From an uncultured archaeon (GTDB lineage: Archaea > Altiarchaeota > Altiarchaeia > IMC4 > SCGC-AAA252-I15): 59,292 nucleotides of DNA. Shown one piece after another: positions 19,950 to 29,291 of this stretch. The position numbers and the translations under genes are program-made. The notes under the pieces are model-generated. The model was given only the letters and a program-made list of their open reading frames with translations. It did not search any database and had not been told where the DNA came from. Location: the NCBI GenBank assembly GCA_902384455.1, contig CABMCB010000068.1:1-59292 (forward strand), given 5' to 3'. Every line of letters starts with the position of its first letter. The first letter of the stretch is position 1.

Positions 19950-20623
19950 TACTTCCTCACTCTCACCTTATTCAGAATCTTAGGGAACATTTCCTCGATA
20001 TGCTGCTTTACCTGCTCAACGAGGTTAAGTGCCTGAAATCCTGGGTGCCACCAAGCCTTGGGGTTTGAATTCACCGACACGGCCCTGAAAGTCACAAAAT
20101 CACTGCCGTAAGTCTTAGCTGCCCGCTTTGTTGGCTTCATGATTCCGGTCAGCTTATGGGTTGTATGCTTCTGCCCCGTGGTCTTGTTTTTTCCTGCCCT
20201 ACCGAAGTCTTGAGACGACCGCTGGCCGTAATGAAGGTTCTTCACCTTCGAATAGGCCTGCTTCGACATCGCGTTCTTACCGCCCTTATTGGGATTACCG
20301 TGGGTAATGGGGATAACTCGATAGCTCTCCCCAGCAAGTAACCCAGGCTTCATGTCGAAAGGCTCAGCACCTTTTTCCTGCATTTCAGCCAGAGTCCCGT
20401 CCAACTTCAAAACAACCTTGTCCGCCCCGTGTTTTTCAGAGGTAATGCTGTCGATGTACTCCTCGGCAGTGTCTCCAAGGGTCGCCGCAGCAAGATGCTC
20501 CCAATCAGCAAGAGCTTCAGCCTCGACATTGTCCATTACACCTTGCCGAAAGTCCTCCATGTCATACTCACTCTGGAGGTACTTTGGAACATTCTTCTTG
20601 AGGGAGAACTCAATGGAAATCAT
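19949..20623 (-). CDS. Neck/virion morphogenesis protein
   Basis: EKGAEPFDMKPGLL, FRAVSVNS...WWHPG motifs; ATG 20623 after AAGGAGG. Confidence 0.65.
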   Translation of the reverse strand: MISIEFSLKKNVPKYLQSEYDMEDFRQGVMDNVEAEALADWEHLAAATLGDTAEEYIDSITSEKHGADKVVLKLDGTLAEMQEKGAEPFDMKPGLLAGESYRVIPITHGNPNKGGKNAMSKQAYSKVKNLHYGQRSSQDFGRAGKNKTTGQKHTTHKLTGIMKPTKRAAKTYGSDFVTFRAVSVNSNPKAWWHPGFQALNLVEQVKQHIEEMFPKILNKVRVRK

Positions 20624-20634
20624 TTGAGCCTCCT

Positions 20635-21609
20635 TTAAATGTCGAAGAACCACTCAAGACGGCAGATACACTGTCGCCCGAGCTCACGGTAAACAGGTGT
20701 TGGTGTCCCTAACTGCGTGTGGGTAGCACGAACGTCGTGTGAGTACTCAGTGGACAGCATTCTCCACTGGGTCATGTAACTGATTCCATAAGCCATTCCT
20801 GTAGGAGGCTGTCGATGGCTGGAACCATTCCAAACAATCTCGCCTGCAGAACTCAGCGAGAAATCCGTACCGTTTGTATAGCGATTGCCTGCCCGGTCAA
20901 TGATGGGAAGGTCCACAGTAAAGGCAGGAAAACGAAGAGAATCAGTACCATCTGCATCCCCCTTTAAAACAGACTCCGACAGAGGAGAGCTTGTTTCCAG
21001 GAACGTCAGCCGGTCGTAAAAACCAATCTTATTCCTGGAATGTGTGGTTACCTTATACGAACCGATTTGGTAATTACCGTCCGGTTCAAGACTGGAATCC
21101 CGTCCAAGGGCTGTCATGGCAGCGACAATCTGGGTCGGATTTACCCAGATGAAGTGCTTATTCTTGCAGAGAGGGCAGTTCAGGTCCCCCGCATCGTCAG
21201 TTCTTTTGGTACTCACGTTACACGGACAGTTAATGGCTCGTTCCCAGATTACGTTATACCCACGCTCAGTGATGAACTTGTCGAAGGCATCGGGCCAAAG
21301 GTCCGTGCGGGGCATTACAAACTTCGAGCCTCCTGTTTGATAGGGTACGTAAATGGTCTGAGAAGGTAAGCTTTCAGTTGTGTCAATGGTCGTGATGGTG
21401 TAGTAGTTCTCAATAGTCCCGTCGAAAGTAATGTCGGTGTAGGTATATCCTGTAACAGGAGTAGGGTTAATGGGAAGCCCGTAGCCCACGGTGGCCGAAG
21501 AACGCTTGTAGATGTTATAGCCTGTCGCTCCGGGCATGGGATACCAGTTGAGGACCAACTGACCCACGGAGTTAATGCTGAAAGTAATCCCGAGAGGAGG
21601 CTGTGCCAT
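20635..21609 (-). CDS. Head closure protein with N-terminal fibronectin-III-like domain
   Basis: LNWYPMPGATGYNIYK...YYTITTID.TES FN3 pattern; WERAINCPC...CPLC. Confidence 0.65.
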   Translation of the reverse strand: MAQPPLGITFSINSVGQLVLNWYPMPGATGYNIYKRSSATVGYGLPINPTPVTGYTYTDITFDGTIENYYTITTIDTTESLPSQTIYVPYQTGGSKFVMPRTDLWPDAFDKFITERGYNVIWERAINCPCNVSTKRTDDAGDLNCPLCKNKHFIWVNPTQIVAAMTALGRDSSLEPDGNYQIGSYKVTTHSRNKIGFYDRLTFLETSSPLSESVLKGDADGTDSLRFPAFTVDLPIIDRAGNRYTNGTDFSLSSAGEIVWNGSSHRQPPTGMAYGISYMTQWRMLSTEYSHDVRATHTQLGTPTPVYRELGRQCICRLEWFFDI

Positions 21610-22434
21610 TTAGGCCACCGTCATACGGACGCCGTTATAGTAGGACCGAAGGGTACCTACCTCTTTGGCAATCTGCCTCTCCAGAAGTTGAATCTGCTTT
21701 TCGTAAGCAAAAGCAGCCTTACCTACGTTCTGGCTCATGCCGTCAATGGCAATACTCTGGTTGAGGACACCAACGCCGAGAAGCATCGCGCTGACTTGAG
21801 TAAGAACGTCAATCTGGACCTTCTTACCGATAATCTGAAGGATGTTGGCAGGAACTTTGTTGTTCTGAAATCCTGAGTAGTAGGAAATCTTGAAGAGGTC
21901 AGGAAGGAAGTCGCAGGTCTTGAAAATCATAGGAAGCATGTTATTACCCATGCCGATGGTGAAGAAGTTTGCGGACCCCACTCCAGGTACAAGCTGAAGA
22001 AGACCATTTCGGCCTTCCATGTCTGTCTGAACCCATTCCAGGGGGAATACTGTGGTTTGCCCAGTATCCGGGTAGATGACCAAGTACTCGGTGACCTTCA
22101 AGATAGGCACGTGGTTGAGGCGGATGGCTCCGAAGTTCATGTAGTCCGTGGCTACGTAGTCGTGGCGTTCCTGGTTCCAGTAACGCTGACGGATGCTAAT
22201 ACCTGTCTCGTTTTCAAGCCAGTCCGTAGCCGCATCCACCATGTTACGGATAGCGTCGTCCGACATGGTTTCGCCGGTAAGGGTGCTTGTAAGAGGAATA
22301 CCGTAGAGGTACTTCTTCTTGACCTCCTCTACCGTCATAATCGTACTGTTTTGCACGTTCTGGACGGGTACGATGACCTCGTTGGTATTATGGTTTGGGC
22401 CAGGTGCGCCGGGACCAAGGGGGGCTGTAGGCAT
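21610..22434 (-). CDS. Head-tail adaptor protein
   Basis: YLYGIPL, SIAIDGMSQ, LRSYY motifs; ATG 22434 after GAGGGAG. Confidence 0.7.
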   Translation of the reverse strand: MPTAPLGPGAPGPNHNTNEVIVPVQNVQNSTIMTVEEVKKKYLYGIPLTSTLTGETMSDDAIRNMVDAATDWLENETGISIRQRYWNQERHDYVATDYMNFGAIRLNHVPILKVTEYLVIYPDTGQTTVFPLEWVQTDMEGRNGLLQLVPGVGSANFFTIGMGNNMLPMIFKTCDFLPDLFKISYYSGFQNNKVPANILQIIGKKVQIDVLTQVSAMLLGVGVLNQSIAIDGMSQNVGKAAFAYEKQIQLLERQIAKEVGTLRSYYNGVRMTVA

Positions 22435-22511
22435 CCGTAACTCCCTCAAATTTGCTCAATAAAGCCCAAAATTTAGAAGTTTTAGGTAGAAACGGTGTAT
22501 ACTGGCTATCC

Positions 22512-22745
22512 ATGAAACGATGTACCAAGTGCGGTAAATCTAAGCATTTCAGGGAATTTCACCTTAGCCCCTTCTCTAGGGACGGATTAAAGCCGTGGTG
22601 CAAAGACTGCTGTCACCTATACTGGGTGAGGTATTTCAACAGGAATAAGGCCAGCCTTCGGAAGTACTGGAAGGGCCCTAAAATAAGGCTTCAGGAGAAG
22701 TATCGTCGTTACGAAGACGAACTTGTTGCGATTGTACTACGGTAA
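22512..22745 (+). CDS. Zn-ribbon protein resembling the N-terminus of HNH endonucleases
   Basis: MKRCTKCGKSK...F...DGLKPWCKDC; no nuclease core. Confidence 0.6.
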   Translation: MKRCTKCGKSKHFREFHLSPFSRDGLKPWCKDCCHLYWVRYFNRNKASLRKYWKGPKIRLQEKYRRYEDELVAIVLR

Positions 22746-22762
22746 ACGGTGTATACTGGGGC

Positions 22763-23353
22763 ATGAAGAAAACGAACTACATCCAGACCTATAGTGGCAT
22801 TCTATTCTACCCCCTTGAACCCGACCCTGAGCTCATCCTCCTCCCTGACATCGCCCACGGCCTGTCAAACCTATGCCGGTACGGTGGTCACTGCCGTAAG
22901 TTCTACAGCGTGGCCCAGCACTGCCTCATGGTCTGTGAGCTCCTCAAAGAACACGCCCCACATGTCCAGTTGGCAGGGCTTCTTCACGATGCTACTGAAG
23001 CCTACCTTATTGACCTTCCAAAGCCCCTCAAACTCAAGATGCCGGATTACGTAGAAGCAGAGCACAGGCTTCTACAGGCTATCTCGTCCCGATTCCGAAT
23101 CATGGAGCAGCTCCTGGAGGGTGACCTTGTAAAGGATGCCGACAAGGCCTCCCTTGTCATCGAATCTAGGTACTTGATGGCTCCTTTGCACCCAGGCTTT
23201 GCTCTTGGAGCGGTTGACAAGGCAAACGACTCTGGTGTATCGTTTGGGGAGTGCTTATCTCCAGAAGAAGCCGAAAGACGATACCTGGCAAAGTTCGACG
23301 AGCTTTGGCTGATGAGAGAAAATCACTTCCAACAAGAACAAGTACACAGATAG
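22763..23353 (+). CDS. HD-domain phosphohydrolase (YfbR/YfdR-like)
   Basis: DIAHGLSNLCRYGGH...FYSVAQH...LLHDATEAY. Confidence 0.9.
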   Translation: MKKTNYIQTYSGILFYPLEPDPELILLPDIAHGLSNLCRYGGHCRKFYSVAQHCLMVCELLKEHAPHVQLAGLLHDATEAYLIDLPKPLKLKMPDYVEAEHRLLQAISSRFRIMEQLLEGDLVKDADKASLVIESRYLMAPLHPGFALGAVDKANDSGVSFGECLSPEEAERRYLAKFDELWLMRENHFQQEQVHR

Positions 23354-23361
23354 GATATCGT

Positions 23362-23622
23362 GTGAAAAAGGCTATCAAACTTCTCGCCTTCGCCTTTATT
23401 TTATCAGGTATGGCAAAAGCTTCCTCGAAGGCTGTTGACCCCGATTTCCAGAAACCTCAAGTGTACATCACACGAGCCTGCTTCATCCGAGTGTGCATGG
23501 TAGAGCTTGTAAATAAAAAGGATTGGGACACCGTAAAGGCTTTGAGCCTGTGGGCTAAACATCAACCTGCAACAATGTGGTGCCCAGACGGGAAAATCTT
23601 TCCGGGGTGGAGAAAAAAGTGA
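23362..23622 (+). CDS. Small exported hypothetical protein
   Basis: GTG start; signal-peptide-like KKAIKLLAFAFILSGMAKA. Confidence 0.5.
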   Translation: MKKAIKLLAFAFILSGMAKASSKAVDPDFQKPQVYITRACFIRVCMVELVNKKDWDTVKALSLWAKHQPATMWCPDGKIFPGWRKK

Positions 23623-23987
23623 TTGACAAAGATTGGAGTCTTAAACTACTTTTCGTAGTTCTGGTTATTTTAGGATTTTTTATCCTTATGGCTACAAATC
23701 CAAGCTGTAGACTCAGAGTAAAAGTATCCTCCATTCCGGAGATATCGACTCCAACTTACAATGACAAGTGGGAGATATTCAAATCAGACTTGAATGAGAA
23801 GGTCAAGAAAGCGCCTTCTAAAGAAGATATGGATAAACTGCTGGCTGAGATAGATGCAGCAAGAGAAGAAACTAAGGCTGAAGGTGTTATTTTAACCCGT
23901 ATAGAACATAAACAGAAACCCTCTGAAGCTGAACTGGATAAATACCTTGCTTGCAAGAAGAAGTGTAAAGAGCTTCGAGGGTATTAA
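23619..23987 (+). CDS. Membrane-anchored hypothetical protein
   Basis: GTGA overlap with previous stop; one TM helix. Confidence 0.55.
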   Translation: MIDKDWSLKLLFVVLVILGFFILMATNPSCRLRVKVSSIPEISTPTYNDKWEIFKSDLNEKVKKAPSKEDMDKLLAEIDAAREETKAEGVILTRIEHKQKPSEAELDKYLACKKKCKELRGY

Positions 23988-24023
23988 ATAAAAAGCCCCC
24001 GGAAGGTTTCCCTTCCGAGGGCT
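23986..24023 (-). terminator. Intrinsic terminator after the capsid gene
   Basis: Minus strand AGCCCTCGGAAGG-GAAA-CCTTCCGGGGGCT-TTTTATTT. Confidence 0.85.
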
Positions 24024-24052
24024 GGGTTGTAAAGGTCCGTTAGGACCTTGGG

Positions 24053-25498
24053 TTAGACTGTGGCCACCGCGCTCGAAGAGCCGATGTTGATGTACTTCAC
24101 CCACTTCTTCGGGGCGTACACCACCAACACACCGTAGAGCAAAATCATCCAGCGGTATGCAGGCCCCACGATTGCGAGGTCCATCTTCGCCAGCGGCGAG
24201 AGCTGCTTGAAGTGCAGTACGTGGGTGCTCATTTCACCCAGGTACGCCTCCGAAGTGCCAGCCATGATGGTGTCGACGTCATTGAACGTCTGAGTGGCGT
24301 TGATGACACCGCCAGTAGCTGCCAGACCCACACGAGCGATTCTGTAGAGAACCGCGCCGCCCGGCTGGGTACGGTAGATGCTCATGTACTGCGGAGCATT
24401 CGCACCTGCCACAGGCATCGTGATGGTGAGAGGGATGTGCTTCTGCAGGTCAGCGGAGGTCAGCGTCTGAGCGACGTTGCCTGCTGTTGCAGAAGATTCC
24501 CCGTAGTTGTTGCCCAAGGCCACAGCGTAGGCATAGTCGCCAGCGCCGTCCTTGTAGAAGTTGCCGTCAGTGCCGGTAGCTGCACCAACCACAACCGCGC
24601 CGCCAGAAGGAGCCACGGGGGCACCGTTGGCCACGTTGGTCACCGGGTTCGGGGTGTTCTGGATGAACACGTCCGGACGAATACCGATTGGGCCTGCCTG
24701 GGTCACGATGGACTGGATGAAGTAACCGAGGTTACCGTTCGCATCCACCGAGGCCTGCTGGGGCATGAAGCGTTCCTTGCCGTATACCGTCTTGGCGAAG
24801 TCCGCCATTGCACGGAGGGCCAGGAACATGTGTGTCGGCGTACCGTAGTTCTGAGCAACCACGTTCGCGCCTTCTTCGATGACTTCTTCGGACAGCGGAT
24901 TGCCCAGGAGGTCAATCACGTTGTTCGCGTCGATTTGCTGCGAGAGCCCGTTGAACTCCGCACCTTCCTGCCCAGTAGGCATGAGGGTCGAGTTGCCCAA
25001 GAAGAAGGCAGACTCCAACCGACGAAGAATCCAGAGAATGCCGTTCTGGTTTTCCAGGGCAATCACGTCACCGTGAGCTGGCTTAACCAAGCTCAGAGGG
25101 TGGGAGATTTGCCGAGTAGTTCCGAGGAACTTAACCAGGGCGATGTTACGGGTATACGTCGAGTCGTCCTGCTGAGGCAGAACTCCTTCGAAGTTGAACC
25201 CGCCGTTGTCGTTACCGTACTGCGTCAGAGTGTTGTACTCTTCAACAGTAGAGTATGCAGGGGTCTTAGGAACTTCCTGCCAGAACTTGTAGTGACGCTG
25301 AGTGTTGGTCAGGACCTTGAGAGAAGATTCAAGGCTCTGCACACGCAGGGGGCCACCCGTAGTTGTGAAGGCGGTGTTGGCCTGATAACCGGCGCTCAAC
25401 GCCTTACGCAACTCGCTCAACTGCTGGGCCGAGCCAATACCGAACCCGGATTCCATTTCCTTGAACGAGGAGTTTACTCCGAAGTCTCCACCGAACAT
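24053..25498 (-). CDS. Major capsid protein
   Basis: LRKALSAGY...GGPLRVQSLESSLK, STVEEYN, FKQLSPLAKMDLA (SPO1/Twort-like capsid pattern); ATG 25498 after AGGAGG. Confidence 0.92.
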   Translation of the reverse strand: MFGGDFGVNSSFKEMESGFGIGSAQQLSELRKALSAGYQANTAFTTTGGPLRVQSLESSLKVLTNTQRHYKFWQEVPKTPAYSTVEEYNTLTQYGNDNGGFNFEGVLPQQDDSTYTRNIALVKFLGTTRQISHPLSLVKPAHGDVIALENQNGILWILRRLESAFFLGNSTLMPTGQEGAEFNGLSQQIDANNVIDLLGNPLSEEVIEEGANVVAQNYGTPTHMFLALRAMADFAKTVYGKERFMPQQASVDANGNLGYFIQSIVTQAGPIGIRPDVFIQNTPNPVTNVANGAPVAPSGGAVVVGAATGTDGNFYKDGAGDYAYAVALGNNYGESSATAGNVAQTLTSADLQKHIPLTITMPVAGANAPQYMSIYRTQPGGAVLYRIARVGLAATGGVINATQTFNDVDTIMAGTSEAYLGEMSTHVLHFKQLSPLAKMDLAIVGPAYRWMILLYGVLVVYAPKKWVKYINIGSSSAVATV

Positions 25499-25540
25499 GT
25501 CTGCCTCCTGAAAATGCGGAACCTTAAGGTCCCGGTGTTT

Positions 25541-25563
25541 GGAAGGCCCCCGAAGGGGCCTCC
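25541..25563 (-). promoter_or_regulatory. C(UUCG)G hairpin in the scaffold-capsid spacer
   Basis: Minus strand GGCCCC-TTCG-GGGGCC. Confidence 0.6.
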
Positions 25564-25574
25564 CCAATCACTGC

Positions 25575-27119
25575 TTACTTCAGCCGAGCTTCAATCGACT
25601 TAGCAATCTCGGCGTACTTGCCAATGAGCTCTGGGTTGTGGCGGTCGACGTCGAAGGCGAGGAACGTGTCCAGGCCCACCAGCTTGGCTTCGATGCCCTT
25701 TTCCAACACAGCCTCAATCTTGGTCACATCCACAGCAGCGCCGGGAGCTGCACCTGCTGCTTCGGCTCCCTTGGGGGAGTCGGTTGGGATGACCACGGAC
25801 TTGCGAAGATTGGGCGTACCCTTCATCTTCTCCACGTCCTCGACAGCCTGCTTGGCTGCCTGGCCAACCACCGCAATGGCGTCCATGACGCTCTTGCGGA
25901 AATCACGGTCGCTTTCGCTCTTATCAGCCAACGTGTCGCGGAGCGAGTTGTTGGACTGAATCAGCGAAGTGAAGAGGCCCTTCAGCAACGGAGTTGCGTC
26001 CATCGCCTTCTTCACGTCCTCTGGAAGGTCGGCGTCAACCGACTTGTAGAGGTTGTCCTTCTCCAAGGACTTCTGAACCTTCTTGGCCTGGTCCTCGGTC
26101 ATTTCCATCACGAACTTGTCACCGCGACGTGCGATGCGAAGGTCGGTGTCGGTCTTGACAGGAGCGGCCTCCAGGGACTTCTCGAAGTCCTTGTAGGACT
26201 CGATGGCCTTGGAGAGGTGCTTCTGGGTCTTACCCACAGCAGCCACGTGGCCTTCGGCATCTTCCTTCTCGTAGGTTTCGAGAGCCTTCTCGAAGTAGCT
26301 GCCAGCCTTGTTCACACGGGCCAGAACATCAGGGGAAATCTTCTCGCCTGCTTCGACAGCCTTGACGAGAGCGTCCTTGGCTTCAATCAGACGAGCTCCG
26401 GTCTTGTCGAGGTCGGTATCCGAACCATCCTCGAAAGCCTTAGTCAGGTGCTTCTGAGCAGATGCCAGAAGGTCAATGGCCTTCGACATGCCCTTGTTCA
26501 CAACCTTGCCGAGCTTCGGTGCACCGGATTCAGAGCCGCTCGAAGCCGAGGACTTCTCGGAAGGAGCAACGCCCTTCTTCATGCTGGAAGCACTGGAGCA
26601 GGAACCGTCCACGCCCTTCTTCACCGAGGAAGCCGAGCTGGACGAACTTGCGGAAGACTTGGAGCTCTTCGCATCGTCCTTCTTCACGAAGTTTGGAGGG
26701 AGAGCCTTCTTCATGCTGCTCTTCGAAGACTTCGAAGATGCCGAGGAGGCCGAAGACTTGGAGCTCTTGGAGCTCTTTTCCTCAACAGCCTTGGACAACC
26801 CACGGTTCGGGGTAGAAGGAGTCTTCATTTCCTTGTTGGAGTCAGCCAGGCCGTGGCCTTCCTTGAACTTGGTAGCAAAGTTTCCGCTACGCTTCTGTGC
26901 AGGGTGAAGACCCAGCTCAGGATTCTTGACATCCTTCTGCTTGCGGCCAACGCCCGTGCTGGACTCATCGTCCTCGGTCTTCGTTGCCCCGCCCATTGCC
27001 CGCTTGTCAACGGTCATACCCTTTTCGAGTACAACCTTGTTGTCAACAGACTTCTGCAACTGGAGAGTCTCCAGCGCCTTGTCGATGTCTGCTCCGTTTA
27101 CCTTCGCAGTGTCGGCCAT
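25575..27119 (-). CDS. Capsid scaffold-like protein
   Basis: Charged low-complexity 514 aa between protease and capsid; many hydrophobic-x-K-[SAG] motifs. Confidence 0.7.
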   Translation of the reverse strand: MADTAKVNGADIDKALETLQLQKSVDNKVVLEKGMTVDKRAMGGATKTEDDESSTGVGRKQKDVKNPELGLHPAQKRSGNFATKFKEGHGLADSNKEMKTPSTPNRGLSKAVEEKSSKSSKSSASSASSKSSKSSMKKALPPNFVKKDDAKSSKSSASSSSSASSVKKGVDGSCSSASSMKKGVAPSEKSSASSGSESGAPKLGKVVNKGMSKAIDLLASAQKHLTKAFEDGSDTDLDKTGARLIEAKDALVKAVEAGEKISPDVLARVNKAGSYFEKALETYEKEDAEGHVAAVGKTQKHLSKAIESYKDFEKSLEAAPVKTDTDLRIARRGDKFVMEMTEDQAKKVQKSLEKDNLYKSVDADLPEDVKKAMDATPLLKGLFTSLIQSNNSLRDTLADKSESDRDFRKSVMDAIAVVGQAAKQAVEDVEKMKGTPNLRKSVVIPTDSPKGAEAAGAAPGAAVDVTKIEAVLEKGIEAKLVGLDTFLAFDVDRHNPELIGKYAEIAKSIEARLK

Positions 27120-27208
27120 TGACGTGAACCTCGCTTTGATTTTTTCAAAAATGGTTTTTTACTTCGAATGCGTCAAAGAACCCCAAAGTTTTAGGGTTTT
27201 TGCAGAAA

Positions 27209-28195
27209 TTAAATTTCCTGGCTGGGAATTTCACCCTCTTGAGCCTTCAGAAGCCGTGCATATTCGATGAGCTTGAGGGCCAGGGCCATATCCGTAAAAC
27301 CGCCCTTTTCCATCGCATATTTAACGATTTCCTCGTCTTCTTCGGGGGAATTCGTGGTGACTTTCAGCTTATTATCCAGGTCCTTAACCCGGAGGGCTGC
27401 CCCGTCTTTTACATCGGGGGAAGGGGTGCCGTCGTGGCCAGCTTCCATACCCTTACCAAATTCTTCTACATCCTCAGCAATGAGCTTTTTCGCCTCAACA
27501 GAAATCTCTTCTGCCAGACGGACGATTTTCTCGAACTGTCCACGGTCGATTTTCGTGTGCTCTTTAATTTCCTTAAGAGGTACTTCAGATTCTTCGCTCT
27601 TCTTCACCAAGTCGGGTTCTGGCACGATAGCCCCGTACTTTTCCTTGAGCGACTTCAGGAGTTCGGCGTATGTCTTGGTATTGACTGGGTTTGCAGTGAT
27701 GGCAATATCCTTGACCCAACACTTCAAAATTCTACCACCCTGCTGGTCAATGACTTTTCCCTCGACACTGAAACCAACCTGACGGTTGTGATTTCCAGAT
27801 GCCAGGGTCTTCATCAAACGATAGATTCCCTGGGCCTCAGGAATATCTTTCAGAAGATAGCCGCGAACGTACAAACCCTTGTTGTCAACAAAAGCTTCTG
27901 TAGGAACGCCCACTTTATGGGCAGCGCCCTTCTGGTGGTCATCGTTGAAATATCCGAACTTCAAGAAGTACGAGGTGTCGATTCCGTAAGGGTCAATGGA
28001 TTCGCCTTCAAGGTCAGTGTCCGAGCTTGAAGCGTACCCACCGATTTTCCAACTCTTGGGGTCGTTGTCAGCTACCGAGGCTGTGAGTGCCTTTTCGAGG
28101 AAGGACTTCTCCATAGGAATGAAGAAGTGAAAACCCTCTTCCTTCAAGTCGGGTGCTGCTTCGGATGCGTTTTCGAGGGTTGGGGCGTCAGGCAC
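27209..28195 (-). CDS. Prohead (maturation) protease
   Basis: IGGYASSSDTDLEGE, GYFNDDH, VGFSVEG, IAITANPVN. Confidence 0.9.
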   Translation of the reverse strand: MPDAPTLENASEAAPDLKEEGFHFFIPMEKSFLEKALTASVADNDPKSWKIGGYASSSDTDLEGESIDPYGIDTSYFLKFGYFNDDHQKGAAHKVGVPTEAFVDNKGLYVRGYLLKDIPEAQGIYRLMKTLASGNHNRQVGFSVEGKVIDQQGGRILKCWVKDIAITANPVNTKTYAELLKSLKEKYGAIVPEPDLVKKSEESEVPLKEIKEHTKIDRGQFEKIVRLAEEISVEAKKLIAEDVEEFGKGMEAGHDGTPSPDVKDGAALRVKDLDNKLKVTTNSPEEDEEIVKYAMEKGGFTDMALALKLIEYARLLKAQEGEIPSQEI

Positions 28196-28230
28196 GGTTT
28201 CTTGTCCTTAATAGGAAGGTGATAAATATA

Positions 28231-28241
28231 CCCAAAATTTG
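28231..28241 (-). promoter_or_regulatory. Putative late promoter motif (T)AAATTTTGGG, one of 7 copies
   Basis: Copies at 576, 2026, 6475, 19242, 22465, 27182 and 28231, all upstream of minus-strand structural/lysis genes. Confidence 0.7.
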
Positions 28242-28294
28242 AGGGTAATTGCCTCTAAACCTTGGGTTAGGGTAGATTAACCAAGGGGTGCCCT

Positions 28295-28639
28295 ATGGCC
28301 TACCTGGACATTGTGAACTGTGTATTCGAATTTGTAAGCGCTGGGGTTATCTGGTTAAGCGTGTGGCAGCTCTGGACTGATAAGGGTTCCAAAGGCATTC
28401 ACTGGACCCAAGCGGTCTTCTTCTCTCTTGAAAGCCTTTGGAACCTGCACTACTATAATACGTTAGGACAGCCGTTCAGTTTTGCTGCAGGTATCTTCGT
28501 ATTCTTCGGAAACTTAGCGTGGTTGTGGCTGGCTTTCGTGTGGTTTCGGAAGCTAACCGTCCCATTTTCACCAGCGCTCGGTTTACCAGGCTTTTTGCTT
28601 TACTTTGAGAAATTTTTAAAGTCTGTGCGATTTCTCTAA
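28295..28639 (+). CDS. PQ-loop/SemiSWEET-like 3-TM membrane protein
   Basis: Three TMs, QLWTDKGSKGIHW loop; AAGGGG RBS. Confidence 0.6.
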   Translation: MAYLDIVNCVFEFVSAGVIWLSVWQLWTDKGSKGIHWTQAVFFSLESLWNLHYYNTLGQPFSFAAGIFVFFGNLAWLWLAFVWFRKLTVPFSPALGLPGFLLYFEKFLKSVRFL

Positions 28640-29291
28640 AGTTCTGAGCAGGTAGGTCATTCAGACCGAAGTACCTGGAAATAACATCCAGCTCCTCAGG
28701 AAGCAGGCATACCATTAGGCGAGACAGCTCGTCACGAGCTTCCATACGCTCGATAGCCCGCTCGTCCGAATTATGGAGTCGGAAAGCGTTATCGAGCGAG
28801 ACGTTTTTAAACTCGTAGTTCTCCGGGTTATATTCAGAGTGGGGGTCGCCCTTGAGCTTTTCCTTGAACGTCTTTCCCTGGGACTTCGCCTTCTCATATC
28901 TCTTCTTCATCTTCATGTTGGCATAATGGAAGCTTCCAGGGATTCGGACGAGACGAGACTTGTCCTCCAAAGCCCGAAGGATACTTCCGAAGATGTACCA
29001 ACCTGCATGAGTGCTAAACCGTACATTCTTCCGGTAGTCAAAGCACCGAGCAGCCCGAATAAGACCAATGTTTCCCTCTTGGATGATATCAGTCTGGGTC
29101 ATACCCATACTGGTGTAACGGCGAGAAAGGTGGATGACGAGGGGGAGGTTAGCCTCCACCAATTCTTGAATGGCCGTCTGGTCGCCCTTGAGTAGCCGCT
29201 TACCAAGAGCACGTTCCTGCTCTTTGGTCAGGCGGTTAAATACACGAGCGATGTCATTTCGGTATCGGGTAGTGTCTTCAGGTTGGAGCAT
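28476..29291 (-). CDS. RNA polymerase sigma-70 family factor (copy 2)
   Basis: LVEANLPLV, DIIQEGNIGLIRAARCFD, RFSTHAGWYI, SRLVRIP, region 4 HTH. Confidence 0.9.
   Translation of the reverse strand: MLQPEDTTRYRNDIARVFNRLTKEQERALGKRLLKGDQTAIQELVEANLPLVIHLSRRYTSMGMTQTDIIQEGNIGLIRAARCFDYRKNVRFSTHAGWYIFGSILRALEDKSRLVRIPGSFHYANMKMKKRYEKAKSQGKTFKEKLKGDPHSEYNPENYEFKNVSLDNAFRLHNSDERAIERMEARDELSRLMVCLLPEELDVISRYFGLNDLPAQNFREIAQTLKISQSKAKSLVNRALVKMGRLASETTRKPATTTLSFRRIRRYLQQN

Noticed and set aside
22763-23353. DatZ dATPase implying a Z-base genome
   Set aside because: No purZ in the window; motifs fit the common YfdR-like family
25499-25567. N-terminal capsid extension given by the ORF track
   Set aside because: AGGAGG precedes ATG 25498 and the upstream stretch is a hairpin-containing spacer
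24212-27122. Long plus-strand ORFs of 463 and 527 aa
   Set aside because: Antisense shadows of the codon-biased capsid and scaffold genes; no recognisable motifs
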